NCBI GenBank assembly: GCA_013239625.1
Contig: MU053810.1
Location: 1,561,518 to 1,625,517 of the forward strand
DNA length: 64,000 bases
From: Lama guanicoe
Taxonomy: Eukaryota
Direction: 5' to 3'
Both the position numbers and the translations under genes were made by a program. This document shows, piece after piece, positions 51,969-64,000 of this stretch (positions are counted from its first letter, which is position 1; every line of letters starts with the position of its first letter). Below the pieces are notes generated by a model. The model made no database searches. It was not told the DNA's origin and worked only from the letters and a program-made list of their open reading frames with translations.

Positions 51969-54717
51969 GAAGTTTCAGTTCCGATGACCTCCCAGGTAAC
52001 AGACTCGTACCTTTTAAGAACTGGGCAGCATTCTTTTTTACTGCCCTGAAATGCTCATTATTTAGGGAAAAAGCTCAACTTTATGAAGCAAATGAGACTT
52101 GGTTCTGCAGATAGTACAAGGGGACCACTTTGTTCCCTCCTGGTGAAAGGAATCTTCAGATGTGCAGCGCAGGCCACTGGGATTCGGTGTATGGGAGAAG
52201 CCCAGCGATTTTCAAAACCCTTCTCCATCTCCTTAGCTAGTATGTGACTCCGGTGGTCCCTGGCTGCCCCAGGCTGGCCCCTTAACAGGCAACAGAGGAT
52301 GTACCAGGAGCAGAAGTCATTTAATATCTGTAAGAGGCTGCTCTGACTCCTGCAGGGTGCCTGCTATTTTGGCAACAATGTTGTTATAGCAACTCTGAGT
52401 AGGCAACATAATTCTTCCCTGAGCTTCCCTTTAGCGAGGGTGCAGGGTAAAGAAAGGAGAGCTGAACAGAGCAGAGGTGTTTACTCTCTGCCCAGAACTA
52501 GTAACCTATTGAGATTAAAGGGAGAGAACACAGACTCCTAGAACTCTGTGATCTCCATGTAGGATGCTGAATTTTTCTAATCATTTGTAAAATAGAAAAT
52601 TCTTTTGCTCAGCGATATATTCACACCTCTCAGAGTACAGTCCTAGTTGTTATGAGGGCTATGATTTTGTTATTCAGCTGATTTTTTTCTCTCTTTCTAC
52701 CTTAACAGTGGGAGACCACATAATGTCAGTGATTTTGAATCAATAAAAAAGAGGATGGATGGGCAGGGAGCTATTTGTTAGCTTCTCCCTTAGTGCTAAG
52801 ATCTGCCAGGTCCATACAGATATCATCTGACCACGTCCTCACCTCAGCCTGCTGAGAATTGCATCCCCAAGTTCACTGGCTAATCTCAGTGACTTACATG
52901 AGGGTACTTTCAGACTTAGGTTTAGTATTTTTCCTCAAGTCTCTTATCAATGAGTAAAGGAGCTGGTATTCAAACCTAGGCCTGTCCAAGTCTCAAGATT
53001 TAGCCTTACTCCTTGACTTTTCTTCTCTAATATAAGGAAAAATAAATGGCCATTTGATTATGTAGTGATTTTGGATGGTTGTGGCACCTGAATATTGGTA
53101 GAGTAACATTGAGGTTTCAGCCTGGCTGGAAGGGAACTTGTCTTGAAGCTTGATTTCATAACAAGAGGACTGCTTTGAAGTTTATTTTGATGGGTTTTGG
53201 GGATGGATGGAGACTGTTGGGGATCTGAAGTCCCATAGGTCACCTGTTGGTACCACCACCAGTTCTGGAATCAAAAGCCTACATCTGAAATTTCTCTGCA
53301 AATCTTATTTATCCTGTCCCTTAAAATAGTATTTCTGAACTCTGTTGCCTCTCTTTTGGGAAAATACTTTTGCCTGATTGAGTTAAATGGGAATAAGCAA
53401 GAAAAGAACCCAAATGGTTATGGTCACTGCTCTGTGCTGGGTTTTGTGGCAAGATCTTTCTTATCCTTTAGGAATAAGCATTTTGATTTGTTGCTTCATA
53501 TAAGTAATGAGCATGAAAACCGTGTGCTTCTTCCTTTTAGAAGCTTCCAGAATCGATGTCAGGAATCGGAATGATTTGGCGTGCGAGGCCATATCCCAGA
53601 ATGGCATTCCGGGGCATGTTCTCAGCTCCTGCCGTTGTCTAGACTTGACCTCCCACTTTCACTAGACAGAGACAAAACCGAAAGACAGTAGCATATTTCC
53701 TATTCTGACACAAATGCGTTCTGAAATAAACAAAGGCTGCTGTTCTCGTAACTTGGTGACAGTATTTTTTCTGGCTCTGCACGAGAACAGATAATGTGGG
53801 GATTGCAAAACTACTGTCCCAGTTAAAGAATTCTTCCATCTGAGGTTTTGTTGTCATTGTCAGTGTTTTTTCTCTTTTTCATATTCTTTTCATGAAGAGA
53901 GAAAGACGACTTGAAACCATTTGTATTCCCTGATAAAGAAGCCGACTCGGCAGTTGGCAGGTGCCACTGTTGATCTGCTGTTGGTTTACCAGAGACCTTT
54001 CTTCTTGTATCTCCTCTGTTCATGTGGACGTCTAACCACTCTGCCGAGTCAGAAGACTTTCTTCTGATTAGTAGGTGTTACAAGCAGTCACTAGTGTGCT
54101 ACTTTTCGCAATTGAATATAGAGGACTTTCAGGTAAGGCTGAATTCTGTTCATAACTGAGCCTTGTTTGAGCAGCTGTCAGTGAATCCCATGGCCCCCGG
54201 GACACACGCATGGATGAGCAGCACGTGTGTCATCACCTCGCTGCTGACAGCCGTTTCGCCTGCTGCGGGGGAGCTCCTGCAGGGTCAGGGGTGCCTGATG
54301 GGAATGGCAAGGCCTGAGCAGTGTTTGGTGAGAATCACCAATCTCCATAAAGCTCAGTTTCATCAGTTTATTCCTGTATAAAGGTATTGGTAACTTACAG
54401 TTCTTAGCTGTACAGAAATCAATCACAGATTCCTTTCAAACCCTCTAAACGAAATATGTGGGGTTTTTTTTTAAAACACTTATTCTCATGAAGCATTTGG
54501 AATTTCATATCCCTCTCTTGGGACAATGAAAATGTTTCTGAAAAGGATTGTCAGGTGTGATTTTTTTTGGATGACTGAAGAAGGGAAGATAAAAAAAAGT
54601 AGGTTTTATGGATCATGTAAGTGTAGCTCCATGACCCAAACTGACTCAGACTTTGTGAGCTGGGTGAGTGCGTCTCTGGTGATGCCAATGTGGCTAAGCC
54701 ACAGGCCACACTTTGAG

Positions 54718-60169
<5,452 letters not shown>

Positions 60170-62142
60170 TTGCAAAGAGAGCACAAAGCAGATTTAGCTA
60201 TTGGTTTGGAGGAGATAAATGCTCTGAAAGCTGAATTCTGTTCATGACTGAGCCTTGTTTGAGCAGCTGTCAGTGAATCCCATGGCCCCCAGGACACACG
60301 CATGGATGAGCAGCACGTGTGTCATCACCTCGCTGCTGACAGCCGTTTCGCCTGCTGCGGGGGAGCTCCTGCAGGGTCAGGGGTGCCTGATGGGAATGGC
60401 AAGGCCTGAGCAGTGTTTGGTGAGAATCACCAATCTCCATAAAGCTCAGTTTCATCAGTTTATTCCTGTATAAAGTTATTGGTAACTTACAGTTCTTAGC
60501 TGTACAGAAATCAATCACAGATTTCTTTCAAACCCTCTAAACCAAATATGTGGGTTTTTTTTTTTAAACACTTATTCTCATGAAGCATTTGGAATTTCAT
60601 ATCCCTCTCTTGGGACAATGAAAATGTTTCTGAAAAGGATTGTCAGGTGTGATTTTTTTTGGATGACTTGAAGAAGGGAAGATAAAAAAAAAGTAGGTTT
60701 TATGGATCGTGTAAGTGTAGCTCCATGATCCAAACTGACTCAGACTTTCTGAGCTGGGTGAGTGCGTCTCTGGTGATGCCAGTGTGGCTAAGCCACAGGC
60801 CACACTTTGAGTTGCAAAGAGTTAGAGCACAAAGCAGATTTAGCTATTGGTTTGGAGGAGATAAATGCTCTGAAAAATCTTAGATGAAATTACGGTGCCT
60901 ACCAGCAGCATATCTTGTGGATTTCCCATTCTTGTAGCAAATTAAAAATTGCAGGCTTATCTAGCAGTCGTAACATCAATGTTCACATTGAAACCCACCT
61001 CTGAGGAATGTCCCATGGATGATGGTCAGCAAACGTGTGCGATAAGTGTAGCTAAAAACTAGAGATCAACTGTTTCTCTCCTAAAAGCACATGTGGAAAC
61101 TCTTTTTGATTGTCTGCTGGTGCACACTGCCAGTTGTATCTGCATCTTATTTTCACAAATTCTGTATTTCTTTAAAAGTTAGCAATTGCTGATCGCTGCA
61201 CACAAGGTTATCGTGTGTTTTCTAATATTTTATTGCAGCCCATAACTGGATAATTTATTTGACAGGAAGAGTGTCAAATAATCTAAAAGAGAGTGCGGTA
61301 GGGTAGTTGCTTTCATGATATTTCACAAAGCAAAGGCAGATTTTGTAATGTCCCATGTGGGCAAATCTCCATGGTATGTGTTCAGTATAGAGAATGCATA
61401 CGATTATTCTCAGATAATGAAAATACTATTGCTCGCATATGCTTTCTCCATTTCGGAGATCTGACAATAACAGTAGTGGATATAAATATAGGGTAGTCAT
61501 AAGACACATGATCCCATTTCACAGATGATGGAAGTTTGCAGAATACTTCTGTGCTGACTCTCTCCTCAGGCCACTGTTCTGCTCAGTGAACTCACAGAAG
61601 ACAGTACTTATTTATGAGAAGAATGTAATAATGCAGATTTGTGACATTTTTCAAAAGAAAGAAAGGTACCACCTGATACTGAACAGCTCTGTTCCTATAT
61701 TTATTATGAATGTGAAAATCTGGTGTAGATTTTTTTTAATGAAGCATTTCCGTCTTAGGGGGATCTTAAATTTGCAGAGACATCCATCTGTGGTTGTGGA
61801 ATCAGAAAGCATTGCCACGGGAATACTAAGCTGGATCCTGAAGAAGCACACTTATCTGACTCAGGAGGGAGATGAACTTTCCTAAATGCGTGTAGGTGGC
61901 AGACTGGCTTCCGCAAAAGATGACAAAGAAAGCACTGTGAGAGCATGTGATTAAAAAGGAGCAGAAATACTGCATAAATTAATCCTTTATTCTGTGGAGA
62001 GCCAGGATTAATGTAGAGACAAGGCGTCATCTAAACCAAGTCACCGAAAGAGAGTTAGAACGTAGCCAGGTATCAAGGTATTTCTAGCCAGAGAGTTTTG
62101 CACAGATAAGCAGGGCAAGATTTTAAATTCCCTTTTATGCTA

Positions 62143-62513
62143 TGTCTTAGTCCATTCAGGCTGCTATAACAAAAATGCCATAGACTGGGTGGCTTAAATG
62201 ATGAACATTGATTTCTCTCAGTTCTGCAGAGTAGGAAGCCCAAAATCGAGGGGCAGATTTGGCAGATTTGGTGTCTGATGAGACCTCACTTCCTGGTTCA
62301 CAGGGGGCCATCTTTCTGCTGTGTCCTTCCATGGCAGAAGGAGCTGGAGAGCTCCCTGGGGTTCTCTTTTATGAGGGCACTCCTCCCATTCATGAGGACT
62401 CCACCCTCATGGCCTAGTCACTTCCCAAACACCCCACCTCCTAATACCATGGCACCGGGGATTAGGTATCAATATATGAATTTTGTGGGGACACAAATGT
62501 TCAGTTCGTAACA
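62143..62513 (-). mobile_element. MaLR solo LTR (MLT1A0/MST-like)
   Basis: tgtcttagtccattcaggctgctataacaaaaatgccatagactggg ... cacctcctaataccat ... ttcagttcgtaaca. Confidence 0.85.
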
Positions 62514-64000
62514 CTATGCTAAGGTGTTTTGAATTTGTCAGGCAGGTACTTGGAAGCTGCTGAAGGATTTTAAATAGGGAGAGGCAAGATTGTATCGGTG
62601 CTCCTAGAATATTGCTCTGAGTGGGAAGTGGATCCGAAGCCCAAATCTAAGGGGTGGGAAGATGAATTAAATTGAGATGAGAATTATTGTGAGGTAGAAT
62701 GAGATAGAAGTTAGAGGAACGCTGTTGACGGGGATGTGGATTTTAGTAACGTTTCGATTTCTAGTGAATCACTTACATTAACCACTATGACTGAAGTTTC
62801 CCCAAACTTCTGGCACTAGCTTGATTCTGAGGGCCACTTTCGGATCCTTCTCATTCCTTTCCCTGGCAGGGTTTCCTGCTGCATCCTTGACAGCACCCAT
62901 CTCTTACAGGTTGGGAACTGGCCTCATTTCTTCAACTCTGTATTGCCAAAGTTTGTATGTGAACTGACCACAAAATCTATTTCAGTCTCTTTTGTCTTGG
63001 CGATACATATTTTTAAATTTATAATTTAATCCCATTCATTTTCTTTTAGCATATTGATGATTTTTGGTTTTCAAAAAAGAAAATGCACTGAAAATAGTAA
63101 ATCAGGCAGAATTATTGCTCTTCGTCTAAAAAGATAATGAGGATTAAAATAGAGTATCATCTATCTTGCTCAATTATAGATTATTCTTAGCTTGACATGT
63201 TAGTTCTTTATTGAAACAAAAATGGAAAAAGATCCATAACCGTCCTTCCAAGAGCTCCGTAAAGAATAACTGAATTACCTCTATGATGCCTCACTGTCAG
63301 TTAATGGAGTTTACTTACAGTGAGAGCATGGTGATCATCTTCAGAATGATACATATAAGCTGTAAATTTAATAGGTGTGTGATTAGCCATATGATTTATT
63401 TTTAGAACAAGAATTATGTTTTAGAGTGAATAATATTTTAGCATTCTCCATATACGAGGAGAAACATCCTATTTAATGTCATAGGTCTAGATCTTTATCT
63501 AATTGATTTTTAAAAATCATGCTGAAAAACCACATTAATTGTTTCGGTTGCCTTTGTATGTTGAGGAAAGGGCTCAGGGAGAGGAAGCAAGTGGCCACTA
63601 AGATGGGCTGGAACCCGGGAGCGAAAGAGCCAACAGGTGCGTGAGTCTCCCTTTCTCCTGCTGCCCGTGGACACAGTGGAACAGCGGTCCAGGCCAGGAT
63701 GTGTCCATTTGCTTTTGTTCTTTATTGGGCAAGTCTGAGAGGAGCATCGATGGGAAACACACCCTGCAGAATCGAGCGCCAAGCAGTCCAGGCTTACCTG
63801 CCAGCAGGCTAGGAAGGGCCGGCACCTGAGTTGGGGTTGCCAGGTCCCAGTCATGTTGAGTCAGGCTCAGTTCATCTCCTTGCCAGGGGTGTAACTTATC
63901 TTCCCAGCTATCTGGTTTCTGGGCAGCAAAGAGAGAGCTTTGGGGCTCATTCATTAGACCATCCTGTTCTGTATTCCTGGGCTATGCCATAAGGACCAGT

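Overview
Mammalian genomic DNA, probably laurasiatherian. No young lineage-specific SINEs were recognised, so the species is unresolved. The window lies inside PLXDC2 on the + strand: mostly intron 1, then coding exon 2 (212 bp) present twice because of a 5,452-bp tandem duplication, followed by a smaller ~640-bp tandem duplication. The main unexpected feature is at ~16.93-21.17 kb on the - strand. It is a heavily degraded filovirus-like endogenous viral element in which the NP core is joined directly to the C-terminal half of VP35. A full-length RAB23 processed pseudogene with a 16-bp target-site duplication later inserted into the VP35 'HIRSR' motif and split VP35 in two. The rest is ordinary ancient repeat content (L2, MIR, L1 3' ends, MaLR/ERV solo LTRs, hAT and Tigger MITEs, microsatellites). 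All protein and repeat-family assignments are by-eye comparisons to remembered sequences; no database search was run.
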